DNA of 64,000 nt from Massalongia carnosa (lineage: Eukaryota), in NCBI GenBank assembly GCA_965645245.1, contig OZ287071.1, positions 1,922,001-1,986,000 of the forward strand, in the 5' to 3' direction. A model generated the notes under the pieces. The model was not told the DNA's origin, did no database searches, and saw only the letters and a program-made list of their open reading frames with translations. A program made the position numbers and the translations under genes. This document shows, in pieces, positions 37,001 through 51,000 of the stretch. Positions within the stretch are counted from its first letter, which is position 1. The number at the start of each line of letters is the position of its first letter.

Positions 37001-39876
37001 TCAATTTGTTATAGCATTTTCGATTTTAGAATTTGCAAATGTTAAATCAATAACAGATGAAGAGCTTCCAGAAAGGGCGTAAAATGTACATAAATCAGAC
37101 GTATTAATCAAACTACACTTTTTTGATTTTAACCATTTCACTAGATTTTCAGATCGAATTGCATGCTGAATTTTCTAATTCCACCAGTTATGATGTGCAT
37201 TGAAATCTCCACATATTACGAATTGATCATTGAATGTAGGTTGATATTTTACTAAAAGTCGGTCGATTGTCTATGTTTCCAGATCATTTTGACTTTTTTC
37301 ATTGTAAATGTTGATAATCTGTACTTTTCGAATATCATCAATTGTAATCTGGATAATTTGCATATCGGAATCGTCAATAAAATCCGTTCTAGGCCTGCAT
37401 TGTAATTTCGAATTGCATTTAGTGACAAATACAGCTACTCTCGAGCGATAAGCTGTTATTTTCGGCATAATGCATGTGAATGACGGATGAGAAATAGTTT
37501 TTTGATCGCGTGTCCAAGGTTCCTGAAATAAAACAATATCAATTTGATTTAATACTGCATATTCCAGACACGAAATATTGCATTTGTTGACTTTGCACAA
37601 TTGTTTTGAATAAATTTGACATTTTGTGTATTTTCGATGTTTATCAACGAATGTTGTCCTGCCATTCCAACACGTATATTCGTCAGTCGATTTCCGAACG
37701 TTTAACGATGCAATCATTTCACATCGTTCATCATTTGACTGATGATTTAGATTGCAATTGACGCATTTGACGACGACATGTGCGCACGCGATTTTGGATT
37801 TGCAAGTTGTGCATTCATGATTGTGAGTTTCATGATTTTGTGCACATATAATGCATTTCGCTTGATATGTGCATTGATAATGCTTGTATCCAAATTTATG
37901 GCAATTGATGCATTGCGTATTTGGTCGAACGGAGGTGAATATTTCCGTGTCACAGTGTCTTCCCGCGATATTTACTCCTTTCAACGCGTTCAAAGCCATA
38001 TTTCGATCATTGAACGTCAAAACAACAGACGATTTGATCTTGTTTTGACGATCACGTGCTAGCCATCTTGGAATATCGCATAATTGCATGTTCGAATTGA
38101 ACTTTTGAATTTCATCCTGCAAATATTGCATGTTTTCATCAAAGGTTGGAATATTTATGCCATGCGCGATGACTTTAAACCACGATTCATCCTTTCGAAC
38201 TGTTCGTGGGTCAAATAAAAGCTCCCATATTGATTTATTGTTCGATAAAGCTTCAGCAGTGTTCTCTGGACTAGTAGTCAGAACGGTGTTTTGTCCCGTT
38301 TTGGACTTTTCGACCGTGTTGACAACGATAGTCAATTTCGCGTCTTTAAAAAGCGAATTGATTTGGTTTCGAAGCAACAATGAATCGATATCGCCGATTT
38401 GAGCTTTCGGTGTAATTATTAATTTTCTTGATTTAATCGCGTTGAAATCGTCCGTATTATCGAATTTGTTCGAATTAGAATTAGTATTCGATTTTTTCGT
38501 TCGAGAAACGGTGGTCCAATTTTCGGAATTAGCAGTTGCTCTTCCGAGCATTTGCCTCTATGTTTTAGTTGACTCGTTGACCTGCGGCCCCGGGACCTCG
38601 GCGGTTCCTCTCCGATTGGCTTGTTTGACGTTTTTAGTCAAATTCAAATTTCTATTCGAATTTGCTTGCGTAGGTCGCACCGATTGTTCCGTTGTTTCTG
38701 GAATTTTGCTAGTTTGTTCTAGCACCCTATTCAATTTCCAATCAATCATTTCCAGCGTTACTTTAGGCTTGATTGTTTTCTTTGTCAGTAGAGAGTTGAT
38801 GTTATCAATGACAATAGCCGTTTCGGGATTTTGATCTAATACGAATGACTCCAATAGTGCGTTTTTAGCTGTATTAAATAGTTGAAGTGATTTCGTTCGA
38901 TTGATGACTTCTTGACTTTGAATCGAATACTCGTCAAATGTTCTTCTTTTATTGCGTTTGATTGGCGGGCTTAGTCCAATATTCGAATTTAATGACGGCA
39001 TAGGTAAATTAGTAGTAAATTCACCAGATGGAAGAATGAACGCCTTCGCTTTAGGGGTCGGTGTTGAGGGGGCGGACGAAAATTTCCCTGACTGGTCCAT
39101 AGCTTCTATAAACTCGTCGGATGGGGGTGAGCTCCCTATCATGGCTACTGAAGATGGCGCGAGAGAGTCGTTTCGGGGAGGACCCGGGGGAGTACTCGGG
39201 GGGGCCGATAAATTTCTAGGTGGGGGGCCTTGGGGGGTTGGTCTCGCCAAAAATCGCCTATTTCTAGGAAGTGCCGAGCTGGTTACGGGGTTGATTACCT
39301 GGTTGAACATGCCATTTCTATATCCCTTTTATCACCACCAAATAGTTTATTCTGACGTTCCCTAGACGTACTAGTCAGAATAGAAATTACACCGATTTAC
39401 TGGTCAAATAACTCTTTCTTTCCTATCCCTATTTGATTGACAATAACAAGTCAAATAAATCCTTATCGGGTTAAAGTAGACCGTTCCTCGCTTAGGCAGT
39501 AAATCTTATTTAACCCTTTACCAGACACTACAATAGTTGAAAATAATGAAAGGTTTTTTTTTCGATAAAAATATATCTAAGGCAAGGTAAGATAATAAGA
39601 GATTCCTATTCTGATTAATCTGAAACAGGACCTTTGGTATAATCCTATTCCAGACGTTTTTCCCCTTCTTTCAGTGATCTGTTGACCGGCCGTTCAATGG
39701 AGATCGATAAAGCCTAAAATAGTATATGCAGAAATTATACGTGAAATATACTGTGAAAATTTGTGCTAGCGGAAGTTCCCGTAACCTTAAATGAGAAATA
39801 AACTTCAAGAAAGTTTGTCGTCGCGACAGTTGTTGTACTGTACCGCGACAGTAGATATTTTTTGTAGATAATTCTT
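34030..39876 (-). mobile_element. Older LINE of a third subfamily (C), degenerate, both ends truncated
   Basis: ORF1 starts MFNQVINP at 39310 (stop at 38558). ORF2 fragments 35276-36769 and 34258-34830. Partial 5'UTR. Confidence 0.87.
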
Positions 39877-40593
39877 TCAAAATATGCTAACTACATAGAC
39901 GAATCAATGGCAACAATGCAAATCGAAAGGCAAATACTATGAGAAATTCGAAATGCAAATTGGCATATCGAGTTTTTATTATTTATCAAACAACTGCTCC
40001 AAATTGATATTTGACACTATTATGCAATTAAAATTCGGACACGGTTATTTTCGATCATATTTACATCGGTTGAAAGATTATAATTCGTCAAAATGCACAA
40101 ATAGATGCAATCAACGAGAAACGCCAGAACACTTGTTATTGAATTGCATTCACTATTTCGATGAAATTCAAAACATGAAACAAAATATCGATACTACTAT
40201 CAACTTGAATATGTTGTTTAATACAAAAATTGGAAATAACATTTTGATTAAATTTATTGTCAATAACAAAATCGCGACTAGAAAATGGATACTAGGTCAT
40301 CTTGATGACGAAATTGTTGAAACGGGAGGCTGGGGAGAGATCGAACAGTAAAATCAGAAATGATTTATGTTGAAACATTTACGAACTTACTAAGACAAAT
40401 TGTAAAATCGATAATTTCTCGATTACTATAGGTTGTTACTAACACCGAGTAAAAACGGGGGAAAATTGACGATACATAGATGGGTTATAAAGGGTTGATT
40501 TATTTGTATTATAGAAACAGATCCTAAAATATTTTAGTGTCATAACCTTAGGTTGAATACACTTAATGATTAAATAAATTAAATAAATAAAAA
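39877..40593 (+). mobile_element. 5'-truncated A-like LINE 3' fragment, no TSD
   Basis: ORF2 C-terminus 39953-40351, 3'UTR and TAAA tail. Its two flanks belong to different elements. Confidence 0.85.
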
Positions 40594-41577
40594 TCCAAGG
40601 TTTAATGAAATGATTCGATTTTTTAAATTCATCAGTTTTGGGAACTATGTCGGAAACGGAATGAAGAACTCGAATAAGCTTACTAGTAATTCGTTTATTT
40701 GTTTGTTTTACGTCTTCGTTCCATTTGGCATATTTGTTGTTCCCTAAACTAGTGTCAAAACTGATGTTTTCGAATTTTATCAAATATTTATTTGGAATTC
40801 TTTGACAAAAGGGGTTATTTTTGGCAATCTTCAATATTCTAATAGCGTATTTTCGATTTTTCATTGATAATCGAAGTTTGACTGGTAAAAGTTGTGATTC
40901 AATTTCTATCGCCTGAATAGGTGTGGTTTTGAAAGTTCCTCAAATCTTTCTAATCATTCGATTTTGTAGGTTCTGAAATAGTTTTTCATAATTCTTTTGA
41001 CCATTGTAGCAAATTTCTGAACCGTAGTCCGAGATAGGAATATACATCATAAATAGAGCTGTCTGCATGCGGTCTGTTTCAGACCCCATTCGGATTTCAT
41101 CAAATTCTGAATTTCAAAAAACGATGGATTCGCAGAGATTCGCGTTTCGACGTGTTCTTTGAAATTTAGTTATCGGTCTAGCCAGACGCCCAACCATTTG
41201 ACTACATTTTTCGGTTCTTGTACTATCCCTTTCGGTAATTCCAATGTGTCTTTCGATACTTTTCTCGTCTTTTCCAAGTGAAGCAGCTCGGATTTATCGT
41301 CATCAAGTTTGAAATTATTCAATCCGGCCCAATCAAGGGCTGTTTTGACTATGATTTTGATTTCTTTGCAATTCTGTTTTGCAGTTTTATTTTCGACATT
41401 TATTGCAATATCGTCAATAAAACTGGTAGAATGTGCATTAAAGTTCATTAGTATTTTCGGAAACAAGTGACGAATGTAAATTAGAAATAGAATAGGCAAG
41501 ATAGGTGAGCCTTGTGGAATCCCTGATTTGGCATAATCTGTTTTGCTTTTATTTTCATCAAATATCAAACTGATCGA

Positions 41578-43585
41578 GACACATTGGAATTACCAAACGG
41601 GACAGTACTAGAACCGAAAAATGTAGTCAAATGGTTGGGCGTCTGGTTAGACCGAAAACTAAATTTCAAAAAACACGTCGAAACGCGGATCTCTTCTGCG
41701 AATCGATCGTTTTTTGCAATTCAGAATTTGATGAAATCCGAATGGGGTCTGAAACCGACCGCATGCAGACAGCTCTATATGTCATGCATTATTCCTATTT
41801 CGGACTACGGCTCAGAAATTTGGTATAATGGTCAAAAGAAATATGAAAAACTATTTCAGAACCTACAAAATCAAATGATTCGAAAGATTTTAGGAACTTT
41901 CAAAACCACACCTATTCAGGCGATGGAAATTGAATCACATGTTTTACCAGTTAAACTTCGATTATTAATGAAAAATCAAAAATACGCAATTCGATTATTG
42001 AAGATTGCCGAAAATAACCCTATTTGTCAAAGAATTCCAAACACATATTCGATAAAATTCGAAAATATCGGTTTTGACACAAGTTTATGGAACAACAAAT
42101 ATGCCGAATGGAACGAAGACGAAAAACAAACAAATAAACGACATCCTAGTCAGCTTATTCGCGTTCTTCATTCCGTTTCCGATATAGTTCACAAAACTGA
42201 TGAATTTGAACAATCAAATCATTTTATTAAACCTTGGAAATCGCCTTGCAAAATCAAATTTCAAATCGAAAATACAAAGGAATCTGCTAAATCAAGTTAT
42301 TATTTGACCTTATCCAAAATTAAATCAATGAACTCCGATAAATCCCGAGTTTTACTTTATACAGATGGATCGAAAATCGAATTTGCAACGTCTGCAGTCA
42401 CATTTGCGCCAGTTATAAGGAATTGGAGTAATATTATCAATAATTTTAATCGATTTATCGAAAAAGATTGTCTGATCAAGTATCATACGATTTCGAAAAG
42501 CTGGAAATTACGCAAAAAGTCAAGCATTAAAAATGCTGAACTGCATGCGATTTTACAAGCAATGAAATGGGTCTATAAATTGTCGAATACTAATATTTTA
42601 TCGGACTTAGAAAAAACGATTTGGATTTTTTCTGATAGTATAAACGCGATAAACGAAATTCAGAACTTGACAAATCATATTTTCGCCAGACAAATTCGAA
42701 AGCTCGCAAAAATCTTATTTGAAAGCAATTTTCAGGTGATTTTGCAATGGGTTCCGAGTCATTCAAATATTACCGAAAACGAAATTGCAGACAAAATAGC
42801 AAAGACAGGCCATAATCAAATCCTAGTCGAGTCCTCGGCGATAACATTTGATTATGTAAAAGATCAAATAAATCAAAATATGCTAACCACATGGACGAAT
42901 CAATGGCAACAATGCAAATCAAAAGGCAAATACTACCAGAAATTCGAAATGAAACCTGGCATATCGAGATTTTATTATTTATCAAACAACTGTTCCAAAT
43001 TGATATTTGCTACTATTATGCAATTAAAATTCGGACACGGCTATTTTCGATCTTATTTACAGCGATTGAAAGATTATAATTCGTCAAAATGCACAAATCG
43101 ATGCAATCAACGACAAACGCCAGAACACTTGTTATTGAATTGCATTCACTATTTCGATGAAATTCAAAACATGAAACAAAATATCGATACTACCATCAAC
43201 TTGAATATGTTGTTTAATACAAAAATCGGAAATGACATTTTGATTAAATTCATTGTCAATAACAAAATCGCGACAAGAAAATGGATACTATGTCAGCTTG
43301 ATGACGAGATTTTCGAAACTGGAGGTTGGGGAGAGATCGAACAGTAAAATCAGAAACGATTTATGCTGAAACATTCACGAACTTACAAAGACAAATTTTA
43401 AAATCGATATTCTTCGATTACTATAGGTTGTTACTAACACGGAGTAAAAATGGGGAAAAATTGACAATACATAGATGGGTTATAAAGGGTTGATTTATTT
43501 GTAATATAGAAACATATCCTAAAATAGTTTAGTGTCATAACCTTAGGTTGAATACACTTAATGAATAAATAAAAAAAAAAAAAAA
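41578..43585 (+). mobile_element. Young 5'-truncated A-type LINE (2.0 kb)
   Basis: Uninterrupted 587-codon ORF2 segment and ~15-nt poly(A). TSD ATCAAACTGATCGA at 41564-41577 and 43586-43599. Confidence 0.94.
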
Positions 43586-44003
43586 ATCAAACTGATCGAT
43601 CGTTTTGTCATGAAATGCTTGACCCATTGAATTATTATGCGAGATAATTTCAGCTTTTTCAGGACATTTAGCAGTTGAATAATCTAGTCAAAGTCAAATG
43701 CGCCTTTGACATCGAGTAATAAACATGATAAGACGTTTTTATTTCGATTTGCAATTTCGATATCATTTACAACTTTCCTTACCGCGTCAATTGCAGGATG
43801 ATTTATTTATACGTCCGCCTATCTGTTCGATATCTAGTAAATTAGAAATTTCGCCGAAGTAGGCTAGTCGGTTTGCCACGATTATCTCAGCAATTTTATC
43901 AAGACAATTTAGTAATGTGATAATTTTATATGATTTTGGTAGCGAATAGTCTGATTTGTTAACTTATCCGATTACTGTCCGCCAGCATAACGGGTGATAA
44001 CCG

Positions 44004-44323
44004 TCATCAAGCTGACCCAAAATGGATACTAGGTCAGCTTGATGACGAGATTTTCGAAACTGGAGGTTTGGGATAGATCGAACAGTAAAATCAGAAACGA
44101 TTTATGCTGAAACATTCACGAACTTACAAAGACAATTGTAAAATCGATATTCTTCGATTACTATAGGTTGTTACTAACACGGAGTAAAAATGGGGAAAAA
44201 TTGACGATACATAGATGGGTTATAAAGGGTTGATTTATTTGTAATATAGAAACATATCCTAAAATAATTTAGTGTCATAACCTTAGGTTGAATACACTTA
44301 ATGAATAAATAAAATAAAAATTG
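44004..44323 (+). mobile_element. Very short A-type LINE 3' fragment with an inverted 5' patch
   Basis: TSD AACGGGTGATAACCG at 43989-44003 and 44324-44338. Confidence 0.9.
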
Positions 44324-46351
44324 AACGGGTGATAACCGATTCGACTGAATTTCGAATAAATCATGAAAAACACGTTTTTCAAAGATTTAAACGATTTCTG
44401 AACAATTGTAAAATTGAATGCATCAGTTCCACATGCTTTCTTTGGATTAAATAAAGTAATCGCATTTTTCAAGTCGTTTTCGGTCAAATCTGTCCAATTA
44501 TCATCATTTTCGCTGTCTTGGTTGACAAATCTTCGAAATTATCGTCTAAAAATTGGTTTTTGTATACATTGCTGAAATAAATTCATCGTATTTGTTATTA
44601 AACTGAATACTTAACTTGTTTTAATATAGTATCGGGGGTATTCTTTCGAATATGTGCGGTTTAGTGTATTTATAGGCGGTAAATACATCTTTATTTACTG
44701 CGTTTTCTAGAAAAGTCAACCAGGTTTTATGTTTTGCTTTTCAAATTGCATGATAATACTCGATTCGACTATGTTTAATCATCCGATGACTAAAATCGGA
44801 CGGATAATTCTTCCATTCTCGACGATGTCTGCACATGGTTTTTTGAAGTTTGGTTAAATCTTGCGACAACCAATTTGTAGATTTTGCACATATTTTTGTT
44901 TTCAGAATAATGATTTCAGCCGCGTTTTCGATAATGTTTTGCAAATTTATCGCTGATTCATCTATTTGATTATTATTCAATAAACCTTAAACCTGTGACT
45001 CGTAGATGATTGAATTTTCGTCTAGAAACTTCAGGAATTTATTCCAATCTGCTTTATTGCAATTATATTTATTCGATAATGCGGTTACATATGACGCCAA
45101 ATTTTTTGAAAGATGCGATTAGTTCAAATCGGATAACTTCATAATCTGAACCTGTGACTGCGTTTTAATCGAATTGACTAATATGTAACTGCCTTTTCGA
45201 TTTTAGAATTTGCAAATGTTAAATCAATAACAGATGTAGAACTTCCAGAATGGGCGTAGTCTGTGAATAAATCAGGTGTGTTTATCAAACTACACTTGTT
45301 TAATTTTAACCATTTGACTAGATTTTCTGATCTAATTGCTTGTAGGATTCTCGAATTCCACCAATTATGATGTGCATTCAAATATCCACATATGACGAAC
45401 TAATCAGTTGATGTAGGTTGAAATTTGATTAAAAATCGATCGATCGTGTATGTTTCTCGATCACTTTGACTTTTTTCGTTATAAATATTTAAAATCTGCA
45501 CTTTTCGAACTTCATCAATTGTAATTTCAATAATTTGCATATCGGCATCGTCAATAAGATCCGTTCTAGGCGTGTAATGTAGTTTTAGATTGCATTTTTT
45601 GACAAATATAGCTACTCTCGAGCGATAAGTCGTTATTTTTGGCATAATAAATGTAAATGACGGATGTGATATTTTTTATTGATCTCGTGTCATTGATTTC
45701 TGATACAAACAATATCAATTTGATTTGATAAAGCATATTCCAAACACGAAATCATTGCATTCGTTTACTTTGCATAATTATGTTGAATAAATTTAACATT
45801 TTGGGTATTTTCGATGTTTCTCAACGAATGTTGTCCTGCCATTACAAAGCGGCTAGTTCGTCAGTCGATTTTCGAACATTTAACGATATAACTATTTCGC
45901 AATTTTCATTATTGGTTTGATGATTCTTGTTGCAATTCGCGCATTTGACGACGACGTTTTTTTTTATTTATTCATTAAGTGTATTCAACCTAAGGTTATG
46001 ACACTAAACTATTTTAAGATATGGTTTTATTTTACAAATAAATCAACCCTTTATAACCCAACTATGTATCGTCAATATTGCCCCGTTTTTACTCCGTGTT
46101 AGTAACAACCTTTAGTAATCGAAATATCGATTTTAAAATTTGTTTTTGTAAAGCTCGTAAATATTCCAGCATAAATCATTTCTAATTTTAACAGATAATA
46201 AAAACTCGATTTGCCCGGCTGCATTTCGAATTTCTCATAGTATTTGCCTTTTGACTTGCATTGTTGCCATTGATTCGCCCATGTGGCTAACATATTTCGA
46301 TTTATTTGACCCTTCACATAATAAAATTTTATTATCGAAGACTCGACTAGG

Positions 46352-46781
46352 TGTAATAGCGCGGCAATACAGGACTGCGCTAGCTCCTGGGATGACTCAC
46401 TCAAGAAGCCCGGGTGACTGATAATCCGGATGCTTAGTCATGATAAGGCGGATAGCAATACTAAGCCATCAGCAATCAGCCTTACCAGTTTGTTAGGCAG
46501 CAACTGAAGCTATTCAGATAAGCCTCGATCTCATGGGAGGCCTGGGACGCCTAGGAGACCTCAGCTGAAGGCAGCAAGGCTATCTACTAGACCTCAGCTG
46601 AAGGCAACAAGGCAGACAGGTAACCAGACAAGTAGTTAGTAAATAGAACCCCATGGGGTATATAGAAAGCTCGATTCCCATCTTCAGGGAATCAGCTTTT
46701 AGCTTTAGCACCTACCAATCTATTAGCAGTCACACTGAGCATTATAACCCATAAGGACTAGTGTCTACTGTCCCTCTTATA
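46352..46781 (+). repeat. 5' LTR
   Basis: TGTAAT...CTTATA. About 7 substitutions versus the 3' LTR counted by eye. TATATA at 46659. Confidence 0.95.
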
Positions 46782-46784
46782 ATT

Positions 46785-46793
46785 CTAAAAGCT
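46785..46793 (+). promoter_or_regulatory. Self-priming primer-binding site
   Basis: CTAAAAGCT is the exact complement of AGCTTTTAG at 46694-46702, ~30 nt after the TATA. Confidence 0.7.
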
Positions 46794-46881
46794 CCATATC
46801 TTAGGATAGCTTGGTCCGACTGTTGATAGTTCAATCCTATCACACCTACCGTCCAAACAATTCAACCTATTTATCGTCAAC

Positions 46882-48036
46882 ATGAACACACGAGGACGAA
46901 GCGGCCAGAATTCGGCCAATCCCACGTCCAATCAGGGTGATGACCTACTGGACTACGATACGCTGAAACAAACACCACTAAACCAGCTAATCGACGAGAT
47001 TAGAGCCATGCAGGCCCATTTGACCGAACAGACAGCAGCCATGCAGGCCCAGGCCACCTTGTTGACTCAGCAAAGTACCCGTCTCGCTGCCAATGAAAGG
47101 GAATTAGAACGACTGCACGAGGAAAGAGAGTCTCGTCGTCCTCGCTCCATGGAACGATCTGTCAGGTATAACCTCAAAGTTAAGTCGCCCGACCCGTATT
47201 ATGGCAAGGACCATAAGACCTTGTTCGAATTCACCAGACAATGCGAGGCTGTCTTTAACACTAGTGGCATGCCTGAAACGGAACAAGATCGTCGTATAGC
47301 CTATGCAGGTAGCTACCTTCGAGACTCCCCTAGCGACAATTGGCATGAGATACTATCACGAGGGGGTCATCTGAATCTTACCTGGAAGGAGTTCAAAAAG
47401 AACCTCATGAATCAACTAGGCTCTACAGAAGTTTTCAAAGATCGAACCTGGATGCAGTACCATCATGCGCAACAACGTCCCAATGATACTGTTCAATCCT
47501 TTGCGGCCTACTTACAACGCCTACGAACAATATTAGCCGATGCAGATCCGGAACATCCTATTACCGAAGAACAGATGGTCCAGAAGCTTCGTACGGGAGT
47601 CATACCAATAATTCGGAATTCCTTAGCACTAGGTCATCGACATCCCGCTACCATAGCGGAATTCATCAGTGATGCACAACTAGCTGAGGGAGCGGCTGTT
47701 TTGCCATCATCAACAGGTAGAGGCTACTCCAAGCGGGAGCAAGGTGCCCCGGTTTCTAACGATCAGGGCCGCCGAGAACCATATCCAACTAATCATCGCG
47801 GAGGTCGAGGCGGAAGAGGTCATCGAGGTAGTCACCACGGAAGAGGCAATAGAGGCGGAAGAGGCCGAGGCGGCAGGAATGCGGCTCCGGCTGGTACTAG
47901 CGCGCCGTCGACCAATAGCAATGCCATTCCGCTAGGCACTGTGACCGAGATACAAGACAATAACAAAAATAGCTGCTATAATTGTGGATCCCTCGAACAT
48001 TGGGTAAAAGACTGTCCCCATCCAAAAAAAGCATAG
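46882..48036 (+). CDS. gag: Gag (retrotransposon capsid domain, RGG region, CCHC knuckle)
   Basis: 384-aa ORF with PDPYYG motif, RGGRGGRG and CYNCGSLEHWVKDC. Confidence 0.92.
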   Translation: MNTRGRSGQNSANPTSNQGDDLLDYDTLKQTPLNQLIDEIRAMQAHLTEQTAAMQAQATLLTQQSTRLAANERELERLHEERESRRPRSMERSVRYNLKVKSPDPYYGKDHKTLFEFTRQCEAVFNTSGMPETEQDRRIAYAGSYLRDSPSDNWHEILSRGGHLNLTWKEFKKNLMNQLGSTEVFKDRTWMQYHHAQQRPNDTVQSFAAYLQRLRTILADADPEHPITEEQMVQKLRTGVIPIIRNSLALGHRHPATIAEFISDAQLAEGAAVLPSSTGRGYSKREQGAPVSNDQGRREPYPTNHRGGRGGRGHRGSHHGRGNRGGRGRGGRNAAPAGTSAPSTNSNAIPLGTVTEIQDNNKNSCYNCGSLEHWVKDCPHPKKA

Positions 48037-51000
48037 TCGCCGCTGCTGCCTCACTACCGGCGACTACTATCAAAGAGGCATCGGCAAGTCCTAAGACATT
48101 GGAAGTCGCACCCTGCATAGAGTACGAAATAACACACGCTAAAGAAACAGCAAAAGTACTAATTGACAGCGGAAGTGAAGTTAACCTTATTTCTAGAGCT
48201 TACGCAAATATGGGCGCTCTGACAGTGTTACACTCCAGCGTCAGTTTGGAAGCTATTAATCACCAGCAAGTCATGACACATGGCATGGGTCTGTTGGTGT
48301 TCGGGGTAACTGATCAATTAGGTCAGTAACGTTTCTTTGAGGAAACATTCCTAATAGCAGATATACCTCATAATATCGTGTTGGGCATGCCATTCCTGCA
48401 GCTAGCCAATCCCGATATCGATTGGTCAGCAAGGACCCTGAATTGGCGAGAACTAAGCGTTCAATCGGCCCTGATGACTACTCATCGGATAGAGATTATA
48501 GAACCAGAAGTCTTCATAGAAGAGGCGTTATCAGAAGATACACCGACCTACGTGGTCCATGCTAAGGCGCTAGGTGTAGATAACATCCATTCGAGCCGTC
48601 GAGCTAGAATAGCCTCAGTGAAGGTACAAGAAATCAAGGTCCCTGAGGCTTATATGTAATGGGCTACGAGACCAGTAAGCTTATCACGAGCGACACTGAT
48701 CTCGAAAGGGGAAATGCTCAGCGTGAGAGGAGGAAGATAGCTACTACGTGCTAGTCTCCGAGAGTATACGTGATCCAAAGAACTAAAGGATGTGGAAGTG
48801 CTTAGACCAAGAGATCTCGTCCGAGACCCAAACGTAGGTTGTTCATAGAATAAAGACTAATTGCTAACGAATACTACAAGATTCGTTCTGATATTTATCC
48901 TACTCACCCCAAGCCTATAGCCTTGGGAGCCTTGGAACCTTAGGAGCCTTGCAAGCCTTGGGAGTCTTGCGAGCATTACAGCCTTGCAATCCACATCCGA
49001 CTTTATCGCATTACATCCAACCATCCCTCAGGATCCATCCACGAACTCGGCGTTCGCTGGATCATCTAGTCAGCCTCGAGCAGCCTTCTAGACCTTCCCT
49101 TGCAAGGTAGAACAATTCTACCCCCGGCTAGATCCCTCACTACATGCCTCAGGCTATGTAGCTTCATTTCGCCGTCACCACTACCTAGTGATGGAAGGTT
49201 ACCTCCGACTGAATACCTCGCTACACTGCGGACCTGCCTCTAAACACAAGGTCTAGACAACGAGGTCATGTAGGTTCATTCAGCCGACATCACTACCAAC
49301 GTAGTAATAAAGGTTGAAGCTGAAGTTTACACCGGGGAGCCTAGCTCAAGCTGCGTCCAGCGAGCCGTGCCTCCTGCTACCTCTCTTGAACCTTCAAGAG
49401 ATCCAGTAGCTCCGAGTAGGCCAGTAGATCCCATATAGAGTTCCTTGGCGTCTCCACAGGAGTCCGCCTTACACTCCATGGCAATCTACTACCACGGCCT
49501 CGACAGGTGTTTGATCTGTAAGTAGTCAAGAACGTGATAACAATAACTCCGAAGTTTCGGGGCAAGATGGCAGTGTGTCAGCCTCGACGGCTTATGCGAC
49601 TTTGTCCTACGGCATGGTCCACGCTAGTTAATCCCGCAACCGCCATAGGCGAGCACGTATCCCTCTAGCGCCATCCGTATTACATTATAAGGATTTCGCA
49701 GATGTCTTTTCGGAAGATAGTGCAGCCGAGCTACCAGAGCACGGGCTACATGATCATGCGATCGACCTCGTGGATGGAAAGCAGCCTCCATATGGACCTA
49801 TTTATAGCCTATCAGAAACAGAGCTTACAGTGCTAAGGGCCTACCTCGATGCTCACCTGGCTAATGGGTTTATCCGGCCATCTACCTCACCAGCTGGAGC
49901 TCCTATTCTCTTCGTGCCTAAGGCAAATGGTACCCTGAGGCTCTGCGTGGATTATAGGGGTCTGAACAATCTGATAGTTAAAAATCGCTACCCGCTACCA
50001 TTAGTAGGCGAGTCTTTAGATCGACTAGGACGGGCCAAACAGTACACCTAATTGGATTTGACTGCAGCCTATAATCGCATCAGAATTAAGAAAGGCGACG
50101 AATGGAAGACAGCCTTTCGCACCCGATATGGCCATTTCGAATACTGCGTCATGCCGTTCGGATTATCCAATGCTCCGGCCTCCTTCCAAGCCTATATCAA
50201 TAAAGCGTTGGCACTAAAACTGGATGTCTTCTGCATCGTTTATTTGGATGATATACTGATCTATACCGAACAGAAGGGTAAGGCCCATGAAGATGCTGTG
50301 CGATGGGTGTTAGAACAACTCCGCAAGCATGGCTTATTTTGCAACTTACAAAAATGCCGATTCAGCACCGACGAAGTCGAATTCCTAGGCTATGTCATCA
50401 ATCCTAAGGGTGTTTATATGCGAAAAGATCGCATCCAAGCAGTGCAAAATTGGCCACGGCCCACATGCGTACGCGATGTACAGGTTTTCATAGGCTTCGC
50501 GAATTTCTATAGACGATTCATTCGTGGGTTCAGTAAAATAGCAGGGCCACTTACCGCTATGCTGAAAACAAAGCCCGCTAATCATAGACAGAAACCACCT
50601 AAGGGTGTCGAAAGCGAGTTCCTTACGGAGGAAGCTCTAGAGGCTTTTGAGAAGCTGAAAAAGTCGTTCATAGAGGCCCCGGTACTAAGGCATTACGATG
50701 CTAGTAAACCAGTACGCGTGGAAACCGATGCGTCAGGTTATGCTATTGGCGGCATATTGGCTCAGCAAGATGACGAGAGACAATGGCACCCTGTTGCCTA
50801 TTACTCACGCAAGATGCTACCGGCTGAGCGTAATTACGAGACCCATGATGCTGAACTATTAGCGATAGTCGAGGCCTTCAAAATTTGGAGACATTACCTT
50901 GAGGGGTCGTCTCACGAAATTCTCGTGTTGACTGATCACAATAACCTTACGAGGTTTATAGATACCAAGCGCCTAAGCGGCAGGCAAGTAAGGTGGGCTC

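Larger units (their letters stand above)
40594..45956 (-). pseudogene. Degenerate A-like LINE Y, ORF2 and end of ORF1 (interrupted twice)
   Basis: Colinear ORF2 fragments. Continues at 60557 after the TSD. Confidence 0.85.
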
